DNA of 64,000 nucleotides from Nymphaea colorata (Eukaryota): assembly GCF_008831285.2 (NCBI RefSeq), contig NC_045138.2, forward strand, positions 19,654,001-19,718,000. The letters run 5' to 3'. Shown piece by piece: positions 40,634-53,692 of this stretch. The translations under genes and the position numbers were made by a program. The notes under the pieces are model-generated. The model was given only the letters and a program-made list of their open reading frames with translations, searched no databases and was not told the DNA's origin. Each line of letters begins with the position of its first letter. Positions within the stretch are counted from its first letter, which is position 1.

Positions 40634-42313
40634 AAATAATTGCTCTTCAACAAAAAAAAAAAAAAGTCTGTTAACGCAAAAAAAGTTGGCTTTCCTAATC
40701 GATTTTGATCGAAAAGCAACCTTTTCTTTTTTTTTTTTTTTTTGTGAGTGTTTTTGCGGGGGAGGACAATTCGTTCACCCTTGCAGAGTTGAACTACACA
40801 GAAAGAGTAAAGAAAGAGAATATCTCTGATCATTGAAATTCGACCAAATATTTAAAGTACAAAAAGATCTTCTCTTAGTTGACATGCTTCGATGTGAAAT
40901 AATAAGTGATGCCTCTTTTTATCTTTTTCCAATGCAGCCGCAAGGAATCATCATGAATTCATCTTGGTTAGAGCAATAAAAGACCTGGTTCCTTCTCAGC
41001 AACCCAAAAGCTAACGTGTCTTCATCTGAGTCGGAACTGGCCGAGGGGATTTCCGGTACTACATCCAGCAACTTGATCATCCTTATCATGAGAAAGATGC
41101 AAGTGGGACATAACGTTCTATCTCCTTTGTCATTCAATTGTTCATGGGGAAGCGCAGCATGCATGAACTTGAATGTTACAGCAGGTTTCGGCGTCGGATA
41201 TGTGGACGATGAGGACACGCAATATGGAAAGAGAGGCAGCATCAACCCAGAATAAGAGAAACTTGGGCTGGCAGAAGCTACATATGTGGGAGGTGGTAAA
41301 CATTGAAAGAGGACAACAATATGAATCAGGTGGGATATGGTGGAGAAGTTGACGAGGTTGCCTTTGGGCGTCGATAAATTCTTTCTTCAATAAGACCGCC
41401 ACTGAGGTGTTGGCGTAACTTAGAAGACGGTGAATGGAGATGGAAACAGGTCTCTCATGAAGTTGGTACCAAGCAAGTCAAATGACGGAGAGAGGATCCT
41501 GTATAGTTGTTTATGTCAGATGCAAAAGTTCAGTACGTTCCCAGACGATTCATCACACCAACATGTAAATCAGCAACTTGCATTTTTTTTTACAGTTGTA
41601 AATGCTCCGCTGTATTTGTTTTTCTGTCAAGCTGGACTGCTCTTCAATTTTAACGGGGAGGGGTCTGCCAAACCCCGCCCTCCGCTAATTAGAAAAGGAT
41701 CAGGATGGAAATGAATTTTCTGATCCAAGCAAGATTCACAACCCACTGACATGAGGAAATCATCTTTCAAAAAATTCAATGTTGTTTCCAATGTTCATAA
41801 TGATAGCTTAATAAAAGATATTCTTGCATGTTAAAAATAACTCGAGCTGCTCATTCGCCAGTTTCTTTGTCGCACAGTTGTCCGGCAAAGAAGCAAAATA
41901 ACTTTTTAAGTTTTTCCTTTTGGAAGAATGGAGCCACCAGCCTGATCAATGATCATGTTTGCTGAGCTGAAAAACATCATGAAAGCCAAGCCACCAGATT
42001 TGAATTACTCTCACTTGACCAAACAGTTGGTAAGGAAATTGTCGGTTAGCATATGCTTAAAATGAAGAGAACTACCCAAGAAAATCCAGGGTGAGGAAAA
42101 TTTTTGAAGAAAAGAGAAAAGGAAATACTGCATTCTCAACAGAAGAATACATGTACAGAGTACAAAAGTGAACTGTAGACGTCAGCGATCACAGAACAGA
42201 GACAATCAACCAGTTCACCGCAAGAATCTAACGTGAAGTAAGCCCCACAACAAAACGAAGGAGTATGAATGTGATGACTAAAAAAAAAATTGAGAATAAC
42301 AATAACTATCAAG

Positions 42314-45300
42314 TTAAAATAGAAAATAAAGAACAAACTGCAGAAACAATGTCACAAGTACTGTTGCGGTGGCCATGGATTGAGATTGCATGGTCGTCCA
42401 TGCTTGGGAGACATCTATTTGAATTGTGAAGTTGCAGTTATTTCGCGAAGCATTCTGCGTTGTCACCATTGCAAGACCTTGGAAGTCACATGCAGTTTCC
42501 TTTTGATATTGTACTTGATAATACATGTTGAATGCAAATGAAGCATTCCCTTGAGTATCCATATCACCACAGGATGACCCATAACCAAGAGCTGTGCAAT
42601 CTGAGAAAGTACAGGCATATCCAACATTTTCTCCCAGTGCGGTCAAGTTGGTAGCATCTGGCCTGATCACACACCACTGCTTAGGGAGATACTTCACATT
42701 CTTTGCTGGAACCAGCGACTTGGTCGGATCCTGTCCAGCGAGGTCCATTTGAAACTTTGGTCTTCCATCATAAGCAAAAATTCCCCAGTGACGCTCAAAG
42801 TTTCCAGGTGATATGCTCTTAGCATCCTCATCGATTAGACCAAACAGATAGACCTCAAGGTATCCAGGTCGTTGGGGAGTCCCTTCATTGCTTGCCAACT
42901 TCTTCAGCAGGCCATCATAGAACCTTTTAGCATTCACCATATTGGCATTTTTGTCTCCATCAGTAGGCCAGCCAACTTCCCCAACAATTATTGGCAAGTT
43001 GGGGAAACCAACATCCTTCAGAGCCGCGATTAATGTATCAAAGTTGGCATCAAACACATTTTTATATACAATCCCATTAGAATCTGTGACTGTATCAGTG
43101 CCATCAAAAAATGCATAGCCAGTAGGAAAGTTTGCATCTTGGTACAAACTAATAAAGGGGTAGATGTTGACCGTGAAAGGCGCACCACTGCTGCTTAGAA
43201 GCTGAACGATGCTTTTCTGTCAAGATTCATATTTTATCACAACAGGAAGAAGCAGCACAGCAAACGAAGGAAAAGAATTGTTACACTAATTTGAGCAGGA
43301 ACAGGAAACGACTGCACAAATATTAAACAATTGACTTATTGAATATTACCATAACAGAGCTAATGTCTGAACGAAATTTTCCTCCAGATGGACCAGCAGT
43401 AGTGCCATACACATCAGCATTTTGAGGCACAGTTGCTTTAATCTTGTCTCCTAGACCAGCATCATTCAGAGCATTTTGGATGTTTTGAAGAGCAGGAAAA
43501 GTAACATTGTCAAATGAGTGATTGTAAGAAGAAAGAAAAGGTTCATTTCCCACTGCCACATACCTGCCAAGATGATCCCCATTTTGTTACAGATGAAATG
43601 TTATATTGGCAAGAAAAATATTTTTCTAACAGGGAATTCTTATGAGGACGTCATAGGATTACTTATTGAGGAAATTATCAAAGAAACACACATCAAATCA
43701 AGTAGCCATTCTGTTTTCAGCTTAGTTGTTAAAGCATGGACTAGTTCATGCCTCGGCGTCACCTCGGTGTGGTTCCACACCCGTCGCCTAAGTCCATCAC
43801 CCACACCGATTGCCTAAGTCCATCACTTAGGCAACAGGTGTCCATCTAGGCTGGACTAGGCGTGACGCCTAGTCCATGGGAAGGTGATAAGTCACCTTCC
43901 CTTCAAATTAAGTTCTGTAATTTTATTATACACTGTTATAACATATCTACTTATATTATATGCAGTTATATTACATAATTTTTGTTTTTTAAGTACAGTT
44001 TGCTGTACGTTAATTACATATTCTATATCAACTCGTCAAAAGGAAGTTCCAGCCATACGTGAAGTACATATTCTATAAAACCAATGAATTTCTGTATATA
44101 TCTTATGTGTTCTAAAACATATTTCGTGGAAGCTACGCCAGCCTTCTTACCCATGTTAAAACCTATGTTTATGGTAAAAAGACCTCCAATTTCTGTTGTT
44201 TAGTGCATGTCTAGTAATCAGAGAAATACGTGCAGACCTCACTTTTGCAACCTGAATATAGATTTATTTTCCCATTTGTGAGGGTGTTTTGTGTGTTATA
44301 TGTATATTAAATGTTATATGTACAATCTATTGTAAACTTGTAATGTATATTATATGTTCTGACTTTATATGATTGTTGTTTGAAAATTGAAATGATTCAA
44401 ATGAAATAGTCTAAATTAAGGTCTATAAATGAAATAGTCTATAAGAAATGCAAGCATTGTCCAGTATGTAAACAACAATTATGTGTTTTCTTTTGTGTAT
44501 CAAACTAAGGCATCAGCTAGAACAGAACAGCACAGTTTTCCAGTATGTAAACAAGCTATGAATGTACTGCTAATCTGTCATGTAAACAAGAACATAACAG
44601 TTTTTCATGTTTTACTTCTTGGCCTTGTTCATTTACTTAGCCACTGCTAGGTTCAGAATGATTCAGCAGCCTAGACGCCCTTCATTGTTAATGCTTTCTG
44701 CCATGAATTGATTGAAAATTAAACAAGTACACCTGATCCCCATTACAAACAAAAACAATGAATATTTTTGGCCGCAAATAAAGGCAAAGTTTTGTACTGA
44801 ATAAAGCAAACTGATCAATTTCTAAATTGGGAAATTGACAATCTCATGCATAAATATTCATGCGCCGCCACAGCAAATTCAACGAATATAAGGTCTCCAG
44901 CACGCTGCAGACTACAACTCTGTGCTAGAGCATATGTGCATGAAACCTGTTATTCGTTGACCTTAGATGACGCACCAAACAAAATATTGTAAAGAGTCTA
45001 AAGACCGATTTTGCTCTTTAGGGTGATGCCCACGACCAGCAGCATTAGATTCAAGTAGAGGAAGAACTCGGCCAGTAAATCGTGCAGCTAAAGAGCCGGA
45101 TATCATGACAGACAAGAAAAACATCTCAGAACGCAGGGAACAAATATCATACACACAAAATGTGAACAAATATAAAGGAATAATATTTTGAACGAAATTT
45201 AGAAACTGCAACTCCATATCTTAAAACAATCCCGTAACCGTAACTGTATAATTTGTAAACAAAAAATTAACAGCCAGACACAGCGTAAAAAGGATATTCC

Positions 45301-46007
45301 CGTAAAGGATGAAGACCAGTGTAAATGTAAAAGAGATGAGCAAAAACTTCACCAATCCCAAGAAGAAGAAAACCCCAAAAAGGTATTGGCCTAAAAGGAA
45401 AAGTTAAAGTCACTAGGAAGGAGATTACATAATAGTAAGAACAGGAAAGTCGGTCTTTTCTTTTTTCTTCCTGTAATCGTAAGAGAAGAAGACTTACGAA
45501 GTCCGTTATGGGACGGAACTTAAGGTCCAGTAGTCCTCTACCAGACCCATAAATGATAAAAGGCCTGAGCAGTAGACCAGTTCGAGTTGGTACTAAGCCA
45601 ACACTAACTCCAGAAGGAGGCACCCCAAATCAAGCAGTTCTACAAAAGGAGAGTAACGAGGAAGAAGTAGTAGCAACTCACTTGATGGTAACCCCACCAT
45701 TGAAGTTATAGCGCGTGACGTTCTGCTTCACCCATTGCTTCGCTGCACTGTAATCGCCGGCGATGGTGGCCAGCATATTGTTGGGAATGCCAACCATAAC
45801 CTCCATCCCCGTCCCCGACAGCGCACTCATCGTCGCCTGGTCGGCGTCGAAGAGCTTCACCTTCTTAATCCCGTTGTCCTGCAGTAGCTGCGATACAATC
45901 GTCGGAGGCAGGGGATGGATTGCCTGAGTCCCCCAGTTGACTCCCAAGCCGTTCACGCACATAGCGAACGAAACCGCCCAGCATAGGCATACCAGCCGTG
46001 TCAACAT
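42314..46007 (-). CDS. Glucan endo-1,3-beta-glucosidase 8-like (GH17 + X8 + hydrophobic GPI-type tail), copy A; exons 46007-45682, 43563-43350, 43216-42314
   Basis: Signal peptide, [46 protein letters not shown], intact X8 cysteines and a hydrophobic tail. Junctions are in frame. Confidence 0.94.
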
Positions 46008-47960
46008 TTTCCGGATCGGAGTATCGCCGGAAAAACAGACGGGTAGTCAGGAAACAAACTTCTAAAGACTACTCAATGCCGGAAAGAATTTCCTAAGAAT
46101 TGGAGAAGGCAATATGGGGAACTCGGTTTAATCTCACTCTCTCTCTCTGTGCCGCCGAAGAACGAGGCGTATGGTCGGCAGAATCTGGTTACGTAGAGGA
46201 AAGGTTCCAGAAAACTAATTTCTTATACATATATACAGACTGCAGCCGACCAAAAACTGAAGAAAAGACTCTCCCTTTCTTTCAACGAAAGCACCAGGTG
46301 GGTCATGCCAAATCTACCTCCCAAAAGCTGTCTAGCGGTAAACACGCGTCTTCTTCCACCAATGTTAAGAGTTCCCAGATTAAGCTCCCTCTCGTCAAAG
46401 CCGGCAAACCGGGCACGTCGCCGGAAAACCTCTTTCTGAGAACTACCCAGAACCAGAGAGATTATCCGGTGGCAACTAGAAAGAGTGCGGTACAAAAAGG
46501 CGCGCCGATTTTCTCCCACTCCCGATGATCTCTCTCTCTCTGTCCCTTTGCTTTTATTTGGGATTCCCTGCAAATGGTCAGAACTTCGACGTGGAAGTCA
46601 CTGTTCAAATCCAGCAGCTCACGTTGCTAGAACATGGGGGCGGTTGGTTACACAGATTTCGTGGCAGGTTCTCAAACTCGGGCGTTTGGTGGATTCCGTC
46701 CAGATCTGATTCATAATACCAAGATCCAAATCTTGCTAGAACCTTGCCTTGATGTATTAGATCCCAATAGCTACTTAGCCTAATTTTATATTTAAAAGCT
46801 GTGGTAAAAGATCTACACAGAAATCCAAGATTCACATTTGAAGCTTTCATTTTACTCTTTTACATTGATAAAAAGTCTCAGAGAGAGGGAGATTTTGAGT
46901 TCATGGATTTCAAATTATAAATATATTAGATCCCTTAAGTGTCAAAAAGATCATACTTTCATATCATTTATATTTTTTTTAACTATAAGTGTTATTATTT
47001 TTTGTGCTTCCAGATCATCAGTTCAAGTTAGAAAGCCAACTATTTTGTTTAATTTAAACGAAAAGGGAAACGCGTGTGAACCGTGAAGTTGAATATGACA
47101 AAATGATTTGGAAGCAACTGGGCCGCCCTTTACCAATGCTGGCGTTTGCATTCTCGGTTTTTTTAATATTTTTTTAGTGAAAAGAATCTGGACGTCCATA
47201 GAATATCTGAAGAAATTATTTTCTTTAATTTTTAAATTCTTCCAGCGTAAAGTCATTATAGGAAAAAGGTTACTTAAGCGGTTTCAAAAATTTTATATAA
47301 AATAAGTGATTTTTTTTTTATTTCATTTATAATTTTTTTTTTTTAAGTGTAGGTTATGTTGCCTATAACTCATCTTTGATTCTTGTGAAAATCAAATTAT
47401 ATAGATTACTTTATATGGTTAGATTCCTGTAGCATAAAAACTTGAGACGTTCAATTTTTTAAGAGCACTTATGCTGATCTGATTTCTTATTCGATATTAA
47501 TTTTTTCTTTATATACTTGATTTGTTTAGACTGGTTCAATTAAATATATGAACCAAATCGAATATGCTGACATTCCTAATTGAAAAAAAAAAAACATCAT
47601 ATGTATCCAAATTGGGCCAATTCAATGTGCATGGATGATTCCATTTCCAAAAAATGGTTTCTTCAACCATGTAAATTCCATTATATATATGACCCATACG
47701 ACATGTCAACTAAGTTAAGTATAAAAACTATATATTCTCTATAAATGGTCAATTTAATTTGGTTGCTACTTTATAAGGTATTGTGTACAAAATTATTTGT
47801 TTCAGCAAGTGTGTGGCCCTTAGGACTTTCATTTTGATCAAATGATTTCATATGTACCATCTTATGAATCATTAATCAACTTAATTGGTTGTCTCATAAT
47901 TAATGTGTACTTAGTTCACATTTTTATAATTTCTCTCTCTCTGCCCCCCCCTCTCTCTCT

Positions 47961-48015
<55 letters not shown>

Positions 48016-48421
48016 TGTGTAATCGAATAAGAGGTTTGTCTCGAGACCTTCCAGGTTTTAAAACAAGTTTGGCGTTGAAGAAGGTAGCCGTTTTTTGGCA
48101 TAATCTAATGGTGGTCTATCTAACCAAGCTTAGTGGTTGAGAAAGAAAATAATATCCACACAAATGTGACTGTCTTGAGCGATATTTTTTTTTATCAAAC
48201 GTATTTCCCTTTCTCCAGTTTGAATATTTAATTTAATAGTATATACGACAAAGAATCTTGAAAAGAAGGTTAACTAAATCTAATCTACCTTAAGCCCTCG
48301 TGGCCTTCGATCAATTGGTTCGGGTGGAGATAACGTGTGAATGTCCCCAAGATGACGGCATGAGGCGAGAAAACCCAGCTCACTTTTACCCTCAGTCAAA
48401 CACGGGAGAAATCTTTGTTTT

Positions 48422-48544
48422 ATAAATAATGAAAAGAATACCCTAAGGTTGTGTTTGATTTAATAAATAATGAAAAGAATACCCTAAGGTTGTGTTTGAT
48501 TTAATAAATAATGAAAAGAATACCCTAAGGTTGTGTTTGATTTA
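48422..48544 (+). repeat. Perfect 41-bp tandem repeat x3 spanning the left end of a Tourist-like MITE
   Basis: ATAAATAATGAAAAGAATACCCTAAGGTTGTGTTTGATTTA at 48422, 48463 and 48504. Confidence 0.95.
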
Positions 48545-48911
48545 AAGCGGATTTGAGATCGAGGTGATACAAGATCTTAAATCCATAGATTTAAGATTAG
48601 AATTTAGAATCCCCTCTTGTCACCACCGGGGGCGGAAGAAGGGGGTTCTTATGGGACGTGGCTCCACCTCAATTTTTGTTTTATTTAAATGTAAATTTAA
48701 AAAAAAATCACTTGTTTTGTATAAAATTTTTGAAAAATAATATTTTTGCTGTCAGTTAAAATTTAAAAACTTTAATTCGACTTTTTCATGAAAAATTTTT
48801 GGTTTCACTCCTGCCCACCACGAACCATATAATCGTAAATATCCATGGATCTCACGACGAGTTGAGGTTCTTAGGATCTTAAATCTATGGGTTTAAGTGG
48901 ACTCCTTTTAT

Positions 48912-49152
48912 CTGACTTTAAATTCATGTTAAAATGACTTTAAATTCATGGTTTTTAACATGTAGCAATTCATGTTAAAATGACTTTAAATTCATGGTTT
49001 TTAACATGTAGCTGGGGATCTCCCACTTGTGACCCAACTTAATTCATGTTAAAATGACTTTAAATTTATGTTAAAATGACTTTAAATTCATGGTTTTTAA
49101 CATGTAGCATAGTGATATAAACTGGGGATCTCCCACCTGTGACCCAACTTAA
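48912..49152 (+). repeat. Compound tandem duplications
   Basis: Several copies of AATTCATGTTAAAATGACTTTAAATTCATGGTTTTTAACATGTAGC, and two of CTGGGGATCTCCCAC(T/C)TGTGACCCAACTTAA. Confidence 0.85.
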
Positions 49153-50612
49153 GAAAAGTGGCCATTGAATGTTTCCTCAAATGAATGGAAAAAAAGAGAT
49201 CCAAAATGCTTTTTGCAAAATCAAGGCTCCAACGAGAGACGCACCAAAACTCCATCACTCCGTGCAGGTCCCGAATTGAATATATAAATATAGGCAAACA
49301 GACATCGTGCCCATGTGGCTTCAGCCTTAATTCAAATTTCAAAATTATTGAGTGCCACACGGAAATATAATAATTTTGTTTTCGTCCTTTTTCATGACAA
49401 TGAGTCAGATATCCAATCCAAATCCAAACCCGAATGGAACTCCAACCGCATTATTCGTCCATTTGAGATGAATGAAAGCAGACAAAGCGGGTCCCTGTCC
49501 ATGGTGGAAGAACCCCGATGGGTCCCACCGCCAGAATGCTCCACGAGCCGTTCTGCCATTATGAAAGGAACCGGACAGATCTTTTACTTGTTTTGTGTCG
49601 TAAATAATTGTTTTATTATTGTCTTGTGTTTGTTAAGAAGAACACATTATTTTTCAACTTTCAAAAAGCATAACATATTTACTAAAACAAAAAATATAAG
49701 GTTTATATATCCAATTGTTGTATAGTGGATGGACTAGTGGGAGGCAGAGATAGTTGTAGCTGTTGTGGGCAATTGTCCACAATAGTCCACAGATTTTTCT
49801 TATATAAATACTTTATCAATGAACTTTTTGAATTGTGAAAACGACATAATGTTCTTGGATAAGTTGTCCACCAAACAGGGTTTAATATGCCCCACCACAA
49901 CTCAAGGAACCGGTGGTTATGGCCATGAATGTTGCAACGGGTAGTAGCTGACATATCACGGACAGGCTGTTCTCTCATAAAGGTGTGGACGGAGTAATGG
50001 ACCTGTCTGCCATTACAAGAGGATATTCTCCCATGACTGAGATATATATATCTTTTCTTTTTTTTTTCTTTTTTTGTTGACAAAATTAAATAATTCTAAG
50101 AAGCCAAAGGAAGATATTTTTACATTTTAGTTTTTAAAACAATTCATAATATTTTAAATTTATTTTTTTTGGGTTCATACTACTTCTCTTTTGTATCCTT
50201 CACCTCTAAGATTCACAGTTTGAAACTATGAATTTCTTTTTAGGCGTTTATTTCAAGAAAATGTACGGTCCATGTGAACATTTGCATTGTTCAATAAAGT
50301 TCTCTTTTCACACAAAACTATGCAGAGAACGCTCACTTTCAAGCTAAAAGAATTGTAAATGTGCTTTTTCGAACTTCCAAACACGAAAGCCTTTTTAATA
50401 GTCACGAGTCCAACTACAAGGCGTCAAATTTAAAGGCCCTTTACTATGGTAAGTCGAATGCTATATATATATATAATTTGAAAAGCAGCGTTTCGTGAAT
50501 CTGTTTCATTTTTAGAATATATTTATTATCAACAAACTCCTACTCATAGATCCAAATAATATGTGTCATGGAGGCAAGAAAGAGTTGGTGCCACATTTTC
50601 TTTTGCAAATTG

Positions 50613-50650
<38 letters not shown>

Positions 50651-52029
50651 CAACCTCATTTTTTAATAAACTAAATTCTTTAATCAAGACAAATAATATA
50701 GGTTAAACTAAATATTTTAAATTTTACTTGTAACATTATTAATTTATCAAAAATTGGAGAGAGGAAAATTTTACATATATAGGTCATGGCAGTTGTACTA
50801 GTCTCTCGTAAATTGATTTGATCGAAGCTAAAGCTCAATACAATTGAGATCCCAATGTTTCGTTGCAATTATCTTCGAGAAGGTTGGTGCACAGGGCAGG
50901 GGTTATAAGCGGTCAGTTTCCATTTCTATCTCCCTCTTGTGCTGCAAAAAAGAGAATACCAATATACAAATTAAAATATTTGGGTGGAAAGGAGGAGGAC
51001 ATCACCCCAAGACATTGAAAGCAACTTAATTTCTTGTGTTGGATGATGAAGGAATGAATGAAATACTCTTCATGTTCGCCCAACAATACTTTATTACATT
51101 TATTATCTGGATCCAACCCAGATTTGACGTGAGTGTGCAGTTGCTCGTGAATTGTCCATATTCAAAAGGCTTCAAGTTTAGACACTTTGAAGGTTACTCA
51201 TCGACCACTTCTGAGCTGTGTTTGAGTGCCATGGAAAACCGTGATCTTCCGGGAAAATTTATCCCGAAAATTCATGCCTTCGCAGCAATGGTCGAGCGTC
51301 TATCGGATATACAAGTGGCAAAAAATGTGGACAAATAAATAAAACGTACTGGACAAAAGTGTTGGAATATACATACATGCTTTAACTATAGTGTTTGAAT
51401 TCACGACATGTAGCTTTCTGCAGCTTTATCTACGCCAAGCCACAAGGCTCGTGATAATTTAATGATGCATTAACTATGTATTTAATGGGATTTGAAACAT
51501 TTGGTCACGATAAGTCGGCTTATCCTTATATTTTTTGTACTTTAAGATTATGCCTATTTTTTATCTAATAAAAAACAAGCTTTAACAAAACTTCATTTAA
51601 ACAAAATAAAAAATAAAAAACCTGACCCTTCATATTGTTGATAAAAAAAAAAACAGATGTTAAGTCTGTCGCCCAAAACAAACAAACAAAATTTTTGAAA
51701 CTCGTTAAAAATCTCGGCTTTCATTTTCACAGGGCTCATCCAAACACAGTGTAAAACGTTGAAATTTAGAATGTCGCTTGCAAAACATACGTCAACACCA
51801 AGGTGTCAACCAATTGTGGGCTTGAAAGTTTTTTGCTTGCGTAGGATACGACATTGAATCAATCCCAATATATATTCAATATGGTACGTGTCGTGACCCA
51901 ATAAGTTTGAATCGTTAGATGTCAATTTTTGTTGACATATTTGATCACATTGAGTTAGAAGAAACTCAGGAAAGATTGAACCCTTTTAGGAATAAAGTAG
52001 ATGGAAACCATCTGTAGGTCAAAACTGTT

Positions 52030-52177
52030 TAGGTGAGCGAGAGGTGTTAACCCCCACCGCCCAAGCAAGGCCCGAAGGCCCCCCCATTCCCCCTACCTTC
52101 GAGGTCTTGAGCTGCGTCGGTGTCAGCGATAGCAGCGGTGCACCATTCAGCTTGGATGCCGCGCCCTATCCGAGCTG
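52030..52177 (-). mobile_element. 148-bp retroposon-like insertion with a 21-bp target duplication
   Basis: CATCTGTAGGTCAAAACTGTT at 52009-52029 and 52178-52198 flanks a GC-rich insert that has a relative at 40567-40633. Orientation is inferred. Confidence 0.7.
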
Positions 52178-53369
52178 CATCTGTAGGTCAAAACTGTTAA
52201 GATGTGAAACCATTAAGTAGAGTTGCAAAGAAGCAATCTCGTGCATGACAAGGAATTTCCAATTGATCGATCGGATTCTTGTTCTAAGCATTAATTTCAG
52301 AATAGTTCGTTTTTGTTGGGTCACGTTTGATAGAGTTGAATCTCAACTGTGAAATTTTGTGTTTTATATATATGTCCACGCTGTTATAATTGTCAGCTCT
52401 CTCTCTCTAGGTCAGATTTATCTTTAGTTTTCTATTGCCTGAAAGAGCGTAGAATAACTGGGCAGGTGAGGGTAGTGGGAGAGTCAACAAAATTTTATAG
52501 ATATTTACAAATTTTCATATCTAAAGGGACATTCATATATACAATAGAGTAAATGTTTGAAGATGTTACCATGAAAACAAGGAAACATTGAGGGACTGGT
52601 GTGGCAGTGTGGGCAACTGCCCACACCAGTCCATATGTTGGTTTCGCCACTGAGCATGGGGCACACAAGACCGTGCTTCTCTCCTCTTTGATTCCTATTG
52701 GTGGTGCTTTTCTTGGAGGTTTGAGTTTGAGCTAAGAAACTGTTGTGGGCGCTCTTTCTCTCCCTTCTCTCTCCACTCAACTTTGTCTTTCTCTAACTAT
52801 GTCTTAGTTTAGTAGAGATCATTCAATGGCTTTTATTAGTGTTCTTCAATGACCAAATGAGTCTCTCTCTCTCTCTCTCTTTCTCTCTCTTATAGGTTTC
52901 TCTTAATAGGAAAGCATTCCTCATCTGCCCCTTCTTTGTTTCTCAAACTATTGGCCTTGGCAATTGAGGGTGTCTACTTTTACTTTCCACTCTCTCTCTC
53001 TCTCTAGTAGTGTACTTGGAGAATGGGCTTCATAGCCCTTCCTTTTGCTAGAAATGATTCTAATCTTCGATCTGATTTTAGAGAGAGAAAAAACATTAAC
53101 ATGGCAAGCTTTATCTTGCTATCACTTTTTTCGAGTGAGGCTCCAAGAGAAAACACTATTTACATATTGACACCATGAGAGATAGAAATGAACACTGACC
53201 TTTTACCATCCCCCATCCCAGCCGTTATCCTGCTACTACTACGGATGCAGATCTTACATACCTAGAGAAGTCCCACCTTTCTTTATCCACCTAAGAGAAT
53301 TTCAGGTTTTTCTTAGATTCAATTCGACATATTTTATATCAATCTAAGCGTTTGATGGAACTAGGGAGC

Positions 53370-53692
53370 GGGTTGGGATCCACTAAACCAAGGGCTTGAG
53401 CCAAGGAGTGCGTCAAGTTGTTACAGTGGTATTAAAGCCGGTTCAACACTCAGACCTGAGGTCCCACATATGCTAACGCATGTGCCTTAAGGGGGGTAGA
53501 TTGCAATGTCTCAAAGGTTTAGTCTCATATTGAAGATTGTGAGATATCTTCAATGGCTTATAAAGAAGAGTCATTAATGAGATGATTGTTATGGTTACTA
53601 GCCTTTTTAGGGTTAGAGTCGAAACTGCTAAAAAACGAGTTGGGATTCGCTAGACGAGAAGCCTGAGCCATGGAGTGGGTCGGGTTGTTACA
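53370..53692 (+). mobile_element. TRIM (miniature LTR retrotransposon) with a truncated 5' LTR
   Basis: 5' LTR end ...GTTGTTACA (53425), tRNA-Met-type primer-binding site TGGTATTAAAGC (53427-53438), about 76-bp interior, polypurine tract AAGGGGGGTAGA (53489-53500). The 3' LTR TG...CA (53502-53692) has an end resembling the 5' LTR end. Confidence 0.8.

Noticed and set aside
48422..48544. CRISPR-like array
   Set aside because: The units are contiguous with no spacers, and the context is eukaryotic.
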